Shown here piece by piece: positions 17,130 through 32,594 of a stretch of DNA of 64,000 bases (position 1 is the stretch's first letter; every line of letters starts with the position of its first letter). The DNA is from the human T2T-CHM13v2.0 reference genome, Homo sapiens: assembly GCF_009914755.1 (NCBI RefSeq), contig NC_060947.1. One strand, written 5' to 3'. The notes beneath the pieces are model-generated. The model made no database searches. It was not told the origin of the DNA and saw only the letters and a program-made list of their open reading frames with translations. Both the position numbers and the translations under genes were made by a program.

Positions 17130-17860
17130 TTATGAAGAGATATTCCACATCATTAGTGATCAGAGAAACGCAAATCAAGACCACTAAGAGCATATCAAGA
17201 TAGGTTACAGTCTAACTCTATCTTATTGCCACAAATATAAAAGACTGATGACACCTAGTGTTGGCCAAGATGTGAATGCACAACATTTTACCCACTGCTT
17301 GGTGGCGGTGTAACCCAGTGGAGTTAGTTTGGGAAATGGTTTAACATAATCTCCTAAAGCTGAACTCTTGTATAAAATATGGCCCGTTGATTTCCCTCAT
17401 AAGAAAAAACAAGAAAAACTCTTTATACATGGACAATAGGGAATATATATAAGACTGCTTATATATAATAATAATTATTATTATTGTGTTATTATTATTA
17501 TTACTATTGCTGTCCTAGCTTTTGGTTTTAGTGATAGGCTTTTGAGTGTTTTTATTGATGTCCTAGATTTTGTTTTCAGTGATAGTCTTGTGAGTGTTTC
17601 TTAATTATTTAAAACAACTAATTAAATAATTAAATAAAAGCAGAAGATTGCTTATATGTAATTATATTATTATTATTATTACTCTTGCTTTCCTAGATTT
17701 TGTCTTCAGTTATAGGCTTGTGAGTATGTCTTAATTATTTAAAACAACTAACTAAATAATTAAATAAAAGCAGCCATGGACTGATATTGAGAGCATGTCA
17801 TACACAAAGAATTAGGACTATTCTAATTCTCTGAATCTGAAGTGCAATAAATACTATCAA
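17130..17860 (+). mobile_element. Ancient L1ME-type ORF2 end and 3'UTR with internal duplications
   Basis: CATCATTAGTGATCAGAGAAACGCAAATCAAGACCAC..AGTGTTGGCCAAGATGTG. Confidence 0.7.
17777..17846 (+). pseudogene. Degenerate SNORD112-like box C/D snoRNA-related sequence
   Basis: TGGAC..TGAGAG....CTGAAGTGCA; collinear with the recalled SNORD112 sequence; box C mutated, box D CTGA intact. Confidence 0.5.
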
Positions 17861-18399
17861 TTTTTATTATACATAAAACAATAAATATATGCGTTTCAAG
17901 TGACTGCATGGATAACTGAGCAGGATCAGGCAGCAAACTCTCTTGTCAATAGTTGACCTGAAAGACCAGACTCTAGAAAAAAGAATGAGTGTCTCAGGTA
18001 TAAAAGATAAGGGTTGAGTTGTTATCAGGGGTATGTATTCTCAAAAATACTGTCGTCTTCTTCATAGGCATGTTATAGTACTTACTGTTTACAATGCTAT
18101 TTTATCCCTAGCCTAATCATTTTGAAATGGTTTTATATATAGATATAAATACGGATACACATTCTAAAATAAGAAAATCAACCAGAACATATACTATTTT
18201 AGTTTCTTCAGCAGACAGGGCAGACAGAAAAAGACGGAAAAAATAAGTGATGACTTCTCTATGTAACATCAACGACTCTCTTGAATAAACAATACTTCCA
18301 GACTTTTAAGGTTTTATATTTTAAAATATAAAATATATTCTTCTTTTAAATATATTTAAAATATAAAAGAAAATTCTTCAGGTTATACACATTAGATAG

Positions 18400-19570
18400 A
18401 TCACACCCCTTTGTCATAATTCCCTACTTAATTGGAACAAAAGGCAACAATGAGAAGTTTTAAAAGCATATACTTGCAAGATAAAGGAAGAGAAGGCTTA
18501 GGAATAATATTTTGGACGTAGAAATGTTGATAAGTGACCAGGAAATGATTGAGCAGAGAGAGAAAGCCCTGTGCAAACCTAGCAATGGGGAATCCCAGAA
18601 GCAGGTTGGTTTGGAAGGCCTTAAATATAAAAATTCCCAAGGAATTGGAAATATCAGGTACTTGTGACAATGAAGGTGAAGGTAGGGCGAAACACAAGAA
18701 TATTTGCTAAATGTCCACACAGGAAGCAGTTAGGACACCATAAACCACACACGCTCATATTCTCCCATGGGCAATAAGCCCGGAGAGCAGCATACGAGGT
18801 TAGAGTACGGTGACAAAGAACTCCAGAAGTGATGTTTCCCAGAACAAGTTTCAAATGAAAGATGGATCGATATTTCTGAAAGTATTGTGAGGAGATTTAT
18901 GTCTCTGTTGAGAGTATGGGATAAATTAGTGATAGATACATACAAAACTATAACAAGACAGTTGTTAACTGCGAGGGAGAAAACAAGCACAAGCCCTATA
19001 AAAAAGGAAATATAATCAAAGTATATTACTCGGTTTCGATTTGAACAATGTTTGCATTTCTCTAATAGATTAACCACTCACTATTGTCCTAACAAAAACA
19101 TATTATATTGGCTGGATGATATATTGGCTTGATGATATATAAACATGTTATATTGGCTGGATGAGATGAGAAAAAGGACATGTAGTGAGGGTTGTTTTTG
19201 TGGTGATGGTGGTGCTGTGTGTGTGTGTGCGTGTGTGTGTGTGAGAGAGAGAGGGGGGAGAGAGAGGAAGAGAGAGAAAGAGAAAGAGAGAGAAACAGAG
19301 AGAGAGAGAGAAAGAGAGAGAGAAACTTATCTTCTTCCATAGTAGCAAAAGCCAATAGTGGCCGTTTAGAACTTAAAAATCAATAAGTAATAGTATAAGC
19401 ATATTTTTCTAAAACATGGATACAAATTCCCAAAGAAACAATGGAAAAGTGGCTTCATCTAGAGAAGAAGGATCAGGGTTAGAGAGAGTGGTTCAAAATG
19501 ATACTGTAATGTTTATTACAAGCCTTGTGGAATTAGTTTTTTGAAAAACATGTAATTTTGATATAGATTT
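18400..19570 (+). mobile_element. HAL1 (half-L1) remnant with (TG)n(AG)n tract at 19217-19322
   Basis: 3' part CTTCCATAGTAG..AAAAATCAATAAGTAATAGTATAAGCATATT..AAAAGTGGCTTC matches HAL1 3'UTR as recalled; 5' boundary uncertain. Confidence 0.6.
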
Positions 19571-19851
19571 TTTAAGTTGACCAAACCAAGAATATCTTGG
19601 CAACAGAAACAAGATTTATATGGTTATGAACAGATATATCAATAAGTTTCCAGAATATATGTAAAAGAAATGACAGATTATTATGTAGGAATTTTTATAA
19701 GTGATTTAAATAATTGTGTACACATACATGAACCTAACTTAGAAGAATGAGTGCCATGTACAAGGTAATTATATTAAATACGAGGGATGTGAGAAACTGA
19801 TGTTAAAATACATCTGTACAAATAATTTAAAGCGATAACAATTTCATGTCT

Positions 19852-20979
19852 TTACTATTATTTATTTACTTATTTAATGTTTAGAGACAGGGTCTCTGTT
19901 ACCCAGACTAGAGTGCAGTGGTGTGATTTTAGCTCACTGCACACTCGAAATCCTGAGCTCAAGTGAACCTCCCACCGCCACCTCCCAAGTAGCTGGGACT
20001 ATAGGCACGCAGCACCACATTCTGCTAATTTATTTTTATTTTGTGTAGAGATGGAGTCTTGCTATGTTTCTTTTTATTATTATTATACTTTAAGTTCTAG
20101 GGTACATGTGCACAATGTGCAGGTTTGTTACATATGTATACATGTGCCATGTTGGTGTGCTGCACCCCTTAACTCGTCATCTAGCATTAGGTATATCTCC
20201 TAATGCTATCCCTCCCCCCTCCCCCCACCCCACAACAGGCCCCGGTGTGTGATGTTCCCCTTCCTGTGTCCAAGTGTTCTCATTGTTCAATTCCCACCTG
20301 TGAGTGAGAACATGTGGTGTTTGGTTTTCTGTCCTTGCAATAGTTTGCTGAGAATGATGGTTTCCAGCTTCATCCATGTCCCTAAAAAGGACATGAACTC
20401 ATCCTTTTTATGGCTGCATAGTATTCCATGGTGTATATGTGCCACATTTTCTTAATCCAGTCTATCATTGATGGACATTTGGGTTGGTTCCAAGACTTCA
20501 CTATTGTGAATAGTGCCGCAATAAACATAGGTGTGCATGTGTCTTTATAGCAGCATGATTTATAATCCTTTGGGTATATACCCAGTAATGGGATGGCTGG
20601 GTCAAATAGTATTTCTAGTTTTAGATCCTTGAGGAATTGCCACACTGTCTTCCACAATGGTTGAACTAGTTTACAGTCCCACCAACAGTGTAAAAGTGTT
20701 CCTATTTCTCCACGTCTTCTCCAGCACCTGTTGTTTCCAGACTTTTTAATGATCGCCATTCTAACTGGTATGAGATGGTATCTCATTGTGGTTTTGATTT
20801 GCATTTCTCTGATGGCCAGTGATGATGAGCATTTTTTCATGTATCTGTTGGCTGCATAAACGTCTTCTTGAGTCTTGCTATGTTTCTTAGGCTGGTCCTG
20901 GCCTTCTGACCTCAAGCAATCCTCCCACCTCAGCCTCCTAAAGTGTTGGGATTACAGGCATGAGCCATTGCACTTGGCC
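19852..20979 (-). mobile_element. AluJ split by an L1PA insertion
   Basis: Alu halves at 19852-20072 and 20870-20979 rejoin at a 19-bp duplication. Confidence 0.92.
20073..20869 (-). mobile_element. 5'-truncated L1PA (about PA4-6): ORF2 C-terminus and 3'UTR
   Basis: ORF2 C-terminus [26 protein letters not shown]; exact TSD GAGTCTTGCTATGTTTCTT. Confidence 0.95.
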
Positions 20980-22290
20980 AGTTTCACGCATTTAGTATTG
21001 ATAATCAAGATGATTACAATACTAATGGAATATTTAATGAGTGTTTATTCATTGTTGTGTAACTTGGTGTGGACTACCAGACTTTCTCACAAAAATCCTT
21101 ATGATTACCTCATGAAATAGGTTATATATTTCTCTCTTAAAGATTTCTCATGAAACTCAAAAGGGACAACATATGTGAAAACACTTTTGCACAGTATAAA
21201 ATGACATAAACAGATGAAGTTTATCATCATGGCATTTCACATTATGTCTAACATGATAGATGGAATGGTGAATTCCTACTTAGAATATACCACCCTAATA
21301 ACTGCTTGTTAGCTAGGTCTCACATTCCAGTATTAAATAGCATTCTTTATCCCCAGACGTCATTACTGAATTTGAAATTCTTTGACAGCATAATCACTCT
21401 GGTTGAATTAACAACATAGTGCCTTCAACGTGATTCCTTAAGCAACCAGTTTCCAGTGCAGAGATGGAAAGAGAAAGACTTAAAACAAAGAGGGAAGCAA
21501 TCGAGGGCAAAGAAGCACAGAACCAAACTCAAGGGTGGCTGTCAGCCTTTCCCCCTCAGCTAATTAAATTGCTGGCTGATTATGACAATAGAATCTTTTT
21601 ATTGCTTTCAATTCATTAGGCAGTAAACATAAATTATATTATTATCCAGAAAATTTAGGAATTTCCGATCTATGAGAACCTATAGAACGGTTCAATAAGA
21701 TAGGCTAACAGAAACAAACTATGTAAAAATCAGTAACTTCACAAGTGATCTTTGGCAATAAAACATAATGGTAAATGAATATATTCAAAACAGAAAAAAA
21801 TCTGAAAAATACCTAGAAATCATACTATAAAGATTTTTCTTGACCTTGCTTTCTTGGTTAAGAAATGTTTATATCCTGAGGGATACAAAAGAAAAATTAA
21901 ATGTTACCAGTGATGCTCAACTAGGATAAAGATACACATAGCTGCAAAAGTAAGGAAATTACATTTAAAATCCAAATTGAAGTTCTTGAGGGAATTTGAT
22001 AATTTAATTTGAATTATCAATTATTTCTTATATAAAAGAATTTCATATCATTTCTTATATGAAAGAAATTACTTTGGATATTTAAAAGATTCTTCAAAAA
22101 TAGTAATAATCAAGAATACTCACCATTTAATAAATGAAATTTGAAAGCCACACATTTAAAAACAATGTGGAATTGGATTAAATACAGGCAGAAAGCTTTC
22201 TATGTTGGATAACTTCTACATGCAAGAAATATCTTGCGTATTTACTTCATGCTGTTTACCCATATGCATTTCATATGAGTTGAAAGCTCT

Positions 22291-22676
<386 letters not shown>

Positions 22677-23549
22677 TTAGAAACTCTATATATCATGATG
22701 CCATTTTTGGCATTGAAACCATTCCCTATAAGTAACAAAGAGGTCAATATGCATTTATTCAAGCAAGATCGTTATGCAGAAGGATATGCAACACAGTGAG
22801 GGCATTCTCAGCATAGTTAATGTAAGAGTGGGTGAGATTGGAGGGATTGTTGAACAAAACTATTCAATTATTGAGAACTGGTACAACAATGGACAAAACC
22901 AAAATACTCGACATACAAAATCTTCTCTAAATGGCATAATAAACCATTAATATCTTTATGCCATTAAGACTGAATGAAGGAGTAACTGCAAAAACACTTT
23001 CATAATCTAAAAGGAGACATGAGAGAGAAAAGATACAAAGTTTTAATTTTATTTTTGCAGTTCAATGGTGTGGACAATCCAAGTCAGTTACCCTTACAAA
23101 AAAAATTATGAGAACACATAACATATCCCACTATATTGGAGAGAGGGAAGAAAGCAGAAAATTTAGGACTTTGCCTACATAAAAACATTAAAGGTTTTAA
23201 AAAGTCAGGCAGATTTAGGATGTATCCACAATAGAGAGGAAACATATGAAACATCTATTAATAATATATTTATAAAGACTTGGTCAGGTACCATATAAAA
23301 TAACCAACTTAAATTTAAAGAAGATTTTGAAACAAGGCTTCAAAAAAGGTAAATACACATATCTGGAATAAAAAGTTTCAATATTGAAATATATGAATAC
23401 TTCCTTGAAACATTTTAATATTTGCAGCAATGAAATGAAACAAAATTAGAATGAATTTACTGATTATGATGAATTGATTTGTGGCTTTATTTTTTAATCT
23501 CAGTTCCTTAAAAATAAAGATATAATTCACTTTAAAATAGCTAAAATAT

Positions 23550-26430
<2,881 letters not shown>

Positions 26431-26454
26431 AAAAAAAAAAAAAAAATGACAACA

Positions 26455-26592
26455 AATAGAAAAATCAACTCAAAAAGATTAAAGGTCTAAAGGTAAGTCC
26501 TGAAACTGTAAAATAACTAGATGAAAACATAGGGAAAAAGCTTCCTAACATTGACTTAGGCAAAGATTTTTTGTTAAAAATAGAACTACCAA
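26455..26592 (+). mobile_element. L1MA/MB ORF2 fragment; probably resumes at 32165
   Basis: AAAATCAACTCAAAA..CTGAAACTGTAAAA..AAATAGAACTACCA. Confidence 0.7.
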
Positions 26593-26594
26593 AG

Positions 26595-27630
26595 GTTACT
26601 TGGAGATTTTGTTTCTGTTATACAGTTCAGTCAGTTCTAACTACAATGTAAACATTGATAACTCATTTGGACCTGAAGACAAAAAAGTAAAAAGAGGTTT
26701 TGTAAATAATTAAATTGCAGTGGAAACTGCTTAGGCCAAATTTTGATCCACAGCCTTCATTGGATTACCTATCAGGGAAAACAAAGTTTAGTCATGTGAA
26801 CAGGACTAAATTTTGTAAGAAATTACTTAGATGCATTTATCTTTTGTAAAATAATGAGTTTGTAATGTCGTCTCATGGCTAGAGTTCTGAGGCAAAACCT
26901 ATGGGATCTTTGCTTCTGTGTGCATATACATGTTTAAATGTGTTTATGTGTATGCACATGTATAATGTTATGGAGTGTCTAGCATGGTATGAAATTAGTT
27001 TATAAATAAATGAATAGTTATAAATTAAATAATTTCAAATGATTTTCAGGTTCATATTAATTTAGTAATTTTTAGTACATAAACTGGATCAAAAATTATT
27101 GGTAAAATAAAAATAGAAATACTGCCAGCATTGTCAGTCTACATTTTTGTCTAGGTTTGCTAATTAGACAAGTTTTAGATTTGCCTCTGCTAGATATTTT
27201 AAGGTGTCAGGGTTTTACCTGAAGGTTTTAAGACCATAAGATGAGCCAAAAACAGAGGAATCTTTGTGTGATTTTTTGATAGACAAGACCAATTTGATAT
27301 TGTTAATTTAATGAAAACAGCTGAATTTTCTGAGTTATCAGCAAAAATGCCAATGTGCTCAACATTAAGGTTCTTGCTTAGGTTAACATCTGATATTCTC
27401 AGGCTATGAAAATGGTTAAAAAAAGATAAAGTTGGAATGATGGTAAGCTTTATCTAATGTCTTGGCACTCATGAGTAAACCAGATAAACTGCTAAAAATA
27501 AATAAAGAAAACGTAAATGATATAAATACTTGTAGGTAAAACTTTTGTGTATTTTAAAAATCTTAAAATTATTTTAGGTACTGATCGAATGTCTGGGTCA
27601 TTTCCACTTTAAGAAGGGTTATGATATGGG
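26595..27630 (+). mobile_element. MER4-group ERV1 internal (non-coding) fragment
   Basis: CACAGCCTTCATTGGATTACCTATCAGGG and TCTCATGGCTAGAGTTCT motifs typical of MER4-group internal sequence. Confidence 0.65.
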
Positions 27631-30600
27631 GCATTGGTCGCAGTTCTGAGCCTCTTAATGGGAAATATAATCTATGATATGGGGGAAACATTGGTGGACA
27701 TCAGTGAGCTGGATAAAAACAAGGACCAAGTCCAGAAAGTAACCAAGGAATGAAAAGAAGATGTGTCAAATGGGTGCCTGTACCCTTGCCCCAGCCCAGG
27801 CAGGTAATAAACATGAGACAATACTCTCTGTTAGGGGACACTCTGTAATATGGTTTGCCTCTGTTTCCCCACCCAAATCTCACGTTGAATTGTAGTTCCC
27901 AGTGTTGGGGGAGGAACCTGGTGGGAAGTCATTGGATCATGTGGGCAGATTTCCTCCTTGCTGTTCTTGTGATAGTGAGTTTTAGGAGGTAAGATGGTTT
28001 TAAAGTGCATGGCACTTCCCCCTTCGCTCTGTCTCTCCTGTTCCGCCATGTGAAGATTGTGCCTGCTTTCCCTTTGGCTTCCACCATAATTGTAAGTTTT
28101 CTGAGGCCTCCCCAGCCATGCTTCTCCGACAGCCTGTGGAACCATGAGCCAATTAAACCTCTTCTTTATAAATGACCCACTCTCAGGTAGTTCTTTATAG
28201 CAATGTGAGAATGGGTGAATGCACTCTCAAACCACCCAGCCAATCGAGAAATTACATAAGGTACAAATAGTCAGGTTGGCAAAGAGCCCCTATAATAGCC
28301 CTTTGTGGCCTGTGAAGAAGCCAACTGACACCTGGAGAATGATGAGCGACTACTGTGAGCTAAATAAAGTGGTGCCCCTGTACACGCAGCTGTACCCAAT
28401 ATTGCTGAACTGCTAAATCAAGTGGTCCTTAATCTGTGAAATATTCATGCTGTGACTGGCTTGGCTAATGCCTTTTCCAGTATTCCTTTAGCTGAAGATT
28501 CACAAGACCAGTTTGCCTTCACTTAGGAGGGCCAACAATCGACTTTCCAGGTGCTACCATAAAGATAGCTGCACAGCTCCACCATCTGTCACAGTTTGGG
28601 TGCACAGGACCTGTCTAGACTTTGCCTGACTCAGTCTCCCTGTTTTACTATATTAATGATAACATACTAACCCTAGAGTTTCTTACAGATCTGGAGACTG
28701 CCTTAGAAACCATCTTGGATGGCCTAAGGGACAGAGAATGGAAAGTCAACCCCAAAAAGACAGAGGGGCCTGGTGCAGCTGTCAAACTTCTAAGTTACCT
28801 AGTTGGGGAAGACATGAAACCTACTCAGAGCTGTCATCGATAACATAGCACAGCAACCTATTCCCCAGTCAGTAAAGCAACTCCAAGTTTTCCTAGGTTT
28901 ACTAGGCTATTGAAGGATATTCATTCCTCATTTTGCACAAACCCTCAGCCCATTACATATCCTAACAAAGGCAGGTAAAAAATGGGATGAGGCACATATC
29001 GAATAAGAGCATTTGGCAAAGCAAAAACATTAGTGAAACAAGCCCAAGTACGAGGAGCCCATTCTAGCATTCCTTTGTATTATAAGTCACTGGAGATATC
29101 ACAATGATGAATTGAAGATTATGGCAAAAGCAACCAAAGGGAATGGTATCTGTAGGATTTTTGTCTCAATTATGGAAGGGGACAGGATCCTGCTATACAG
29201 TCATAGAACAACAGCTATTTAGCATGAATATAGGGCATTGGAACAATTGGAGGCCATCACCAGAAAGCAGGCCATCATAGTAAAAACTGCCTATTCCATA
29301 AAAGGATGAATAGAATATCTCCTAGACAAGCCCATCCTCAGAGTAGTACAATCACACACCCTGTAGAAATGGCATGCCTATCTACAACAAAGGCGTGTCC
29401 TGTCCACTAGTCCTTTAAGCCAGGCAATACAGGAGGTGCTTGGACCCATCCACTTTGATCAAGTGGAGGAGTTCGACATGGGAGTGGAGCCACCATATAT
29501 GAGGGAACCTTAGGGATACCTTCTAGGGCCTGGTACACTGATGGGTCTAGCAAAGGCACTCAATACCAATGGTCAGCAGTCATTGTGCAAATGGATACTA
29601 ACATCATGTGGATAGAATGGGGATTAGGACCAAACAGTCAATGGGACAAGCTATGGGCAATCTGGATACTCATTACGCATGAGCTCTGGCCACCAGTCAT
29701 TTGCAAAGACAGTTGGGGTACATACAGAGGCACATAGCCTTAAAGTCCCCTTCTGGAAATTAAGAGGTAGACACCCTTACTCATGTTTGGGCAATTTGCC
29801 CTGAACCCATTGGAAGAGGCTGTTCTAAGGGAACATCATAAGAGTGGCCACTGTGGGGTAGCCATAGGTGAGCCATAGCAAAAACAGCAGCCATTCTATC
29901 TGCAATTCAAATGTTTTTCCAGCTGTTCAGAACTGTGAGACCTGTTCATGGCTGCAACCTAGAAATGTTCCCTTCACACTAGGTCACAAACATGGAGCCA
30001 TACAACCTGTGTGGAACTGGCAAGTCAATTATTGGTCCCCTGACCCAGCATGGAGGGAAAAGGTATGTCTTAACCTGTGTGGACACAACAACATAGGTAC
30101 TACAGTCCTTCCCAGTAAAACATGTCCCTCAACTGGAAATGATCAAGTGTCTCACCACTGTTAGTGTCATGTATGGCATGCCAAGAAGGATAGACGGTAA
30201 TCAAGTACCCCATTTCATGGACCATGATGCCCAACACTGGACATCAGGACAAAACATAGATTGGAGGTTCCACTTACCATACGACCCAACAGGGACAGGC
30301 CTCATAGTTAAAAGTAAGTAAATAAATAAATAAATAAAATAAAAGGACCTGTTAAAAAAAACACAATTACATGCATTGTCTCAGGATGGTTCTTTAAGGT
30401 CCTGAAGGTGTACAAATTTTAAATGTCACTGACTATCAGATGGTATCACTTTTTGTAAAGCAGGCCCCATCAACTCTCATGGTTGCTTCTGAGACTCTGA
30501 GCCATGTTCCTGAAGCTGGTGGCCAGACTGTGCTCCTGAGAGCATGAGAGGATCTGCCAAATGGCGATGGCTACATGGACCTAAAGTTGAGCTGGAAAGT

Positions 30601-31593
30601 ACCCCCATAGTGGGTCAGTTTTATGTCACCAGAGGGCGCCATGAAGACTGCCAGAAGGGAGGTGGACCCAGTTGTGCTCCTGGATGAAGGTCTGAGAGGC
30701 TTGCCATATCGACACATAGCAGCACCAATACCTGCTGGAGCAGTCATACTGCAGATAGCATGAGCAAGGCCGGAAACTTACCAATGGGCTATTATGCCTG
30801 CTCCTGGAGAGGGAAGCCATGTGTGGTACTGTATACCAGGTGTGAAGCCCATGGCAGCCTCCCTAATAAGGCCAATGGGAGAAAATACAGCAATAATAAT
30901 GTTACAAGAAGTGGATGCACCCATGAGAGTTCCTACTAGACACCTGGGCTTATGCCCATGGACTGGTGTTCCTGCTACCCTTGACAGCTGGCAATGTCTT
31001 CCTGAACTGGGCTGCAATAACAGCAGCAGTCAGCAACCAATCAGATGCTTGCGTATGTGGATACTTTCTGCTGTCACGTAGTAGTGGTATACCTTGGAAT
31101 ATTTTGCCTTTCTTCCAACAGAACTGGAGTGACTGGTTCAATAGCACCGATAAGGCAACCTATGATTACTGGAGATTGCTTCCACCCAGAGGCCTAATCA
31201 CCAACACAGCGGAGACCCAACAACATGTGCCTTTATAGGCGCTATCTGTTGTACCTATATCCCTGATAGAAAGAGTAATGTCACAGATACTTTAAATCAT
31301 TCGTCAATTCAGATCCATGATATAGCCCAATTACCATGATATAGCCCAATTTGACTCATTCTCAGATTGGTTACACACCTTGCCTACTCATTGGAGTTAT
31401 GTTTTACCAATAAGCATTATAATTGTAGTTAACTTCTGCTTTTTATGCTGTTACATATACTGTAGAAGTGGCCTGTACACACAAGCCATGACTATACATT
31501 ATAAGCTCATGTAGTTTTTTCCCTTGTACCTCGCTCAGAGATTCTCATGCAAGATTGGCAGAGAGAATGTAAGAGCTAGGAGATGAGATGGAT
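27631..31593 (+). mobile_element. Class III (ERVL-related, HERVL32-like) provirus internal region: defective pol (RT, RNase H, integrase) and env remnant
   Basis: SPYNSPLWPVKKP..WRM..DY..LNK, LANAF, YIND (RT); WYTDGSS near 29530 (RNase H); WQV..GMPRRI..WRFHLPY (IN); CAFIGAICCTYIPD (TM); many stops and frameshifts. Confidence 0.88.
27846..28223 (+). mobile_element. MSTA solo LTR inserted into ERV pol
   Basis: MaLR LTR termini; TSD CTCTG/CTCTC. Confidence 0.9.
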
Positions 31594-32001
31594 TGTAGTG
31601 TTATGGGTCCCCCACTAAGCTACTTAAGGGTGTATGTCCACTGCGTGAACCCTTAAGGCTGGGCAGTAAGATAAGGCCATGGGGCCTAGCCAAGGAGTAG
31701 GTGTCCCTGAGAATCCAAACATCCCAAGAGTATCTGAGAACTTACCAAGGAAAACAGTCTCATCACTCAAACACAACAGGCAAAGAGCCAGAAAATTTGC
31801 TTAAAGCAGTACAGAGACAGAAGGCAGAGTGGAACTCTAGAGCTGTCCTGCTGCTGCCCAGGAGCACCCTGTATGCAAGTCCTAATAACCTCATCTTCTC
31901 ACCAAGTTGGACCTGTCAAAGAAGTTCTTTGGTCACTTTGCACCTTCCCATTTTGGTGGAGAGTGGGTCAGATGTTACAGTCTCAAGCTTTTCTCGTAAT
32001 G
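31594..32001 (+). mobile_element. 3' LTR of the provirus (LTR32-like)
   Basis: Follows a purine-rich tract; TG start; CTTAAGGGTGTATGTCC..AAGTCCTAATAA motifs. Confidence 0.75.
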
Positions 32002-32164
32002 GAAGTAGATCTCTACAATAAGTAAATGTGGAGGCTTTTTGGACTTTGGCAGTCTGTCCAAACTGTAGGTCAGTCAACCTATAGTTGGGATGAATTTTAA
32101 AACACCACATGAAGCTGTTAGAATCTTTCTGCTATGCTGTGATGCTGTCAATTAACTTGAGACA

Positions 32165-32236
32165 TCATGTTCATTGCAACTATAGAAGACATAGAATCAA
32201 CCTAACTGTTCAACAGCTGATTGAATGAAGAAAATG

Positions 32237-32273
<37 letters not shown>

Positions 32274-32592
32274 TATAATACTATTCAGCCTTAAAAACAT
32301 AAGAAGTCCTGTCATTTGCCATAACATGGATAAAACTGAGGGACATTACATTAAACAAAATATTCCAGGTATAGAGAGACAAATACTGCATGAGCTCACT
32401 AATATGTAGAGTCTTAAAAAGTTGAACTCACAGAAGTAGAGAGTAAAACAGTGGTTACCAGAGGCTGGGAGGAGAGAAGGAGCTGTTGGTCAAATGATAC
32501 AAAATTTCAGTTGGGAGGAATAAGTTCAAGAGGTCTATTGTAAAGTCTGGTGACTATAGTTAATAAAAACATACTGTACTCTTGGAAATCAC
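32165..32592 (+). mobile_element. L1MA 3'UTR; resumes at 35226-35340
   Basis: GTCATTTGC..CAGAAGTAGAGAGTA..GTGACTATAGTTAATAA; (CA)n at 32238-32270. Confidence 0.85.
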
Positions 32593-32594
32593 AG

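Noticed and set aside
17490-17773. Repeat-spacer-like pattern as a CRISPR array
   Set aside because: Eukaryotic context; tandem duplication without unique spacers
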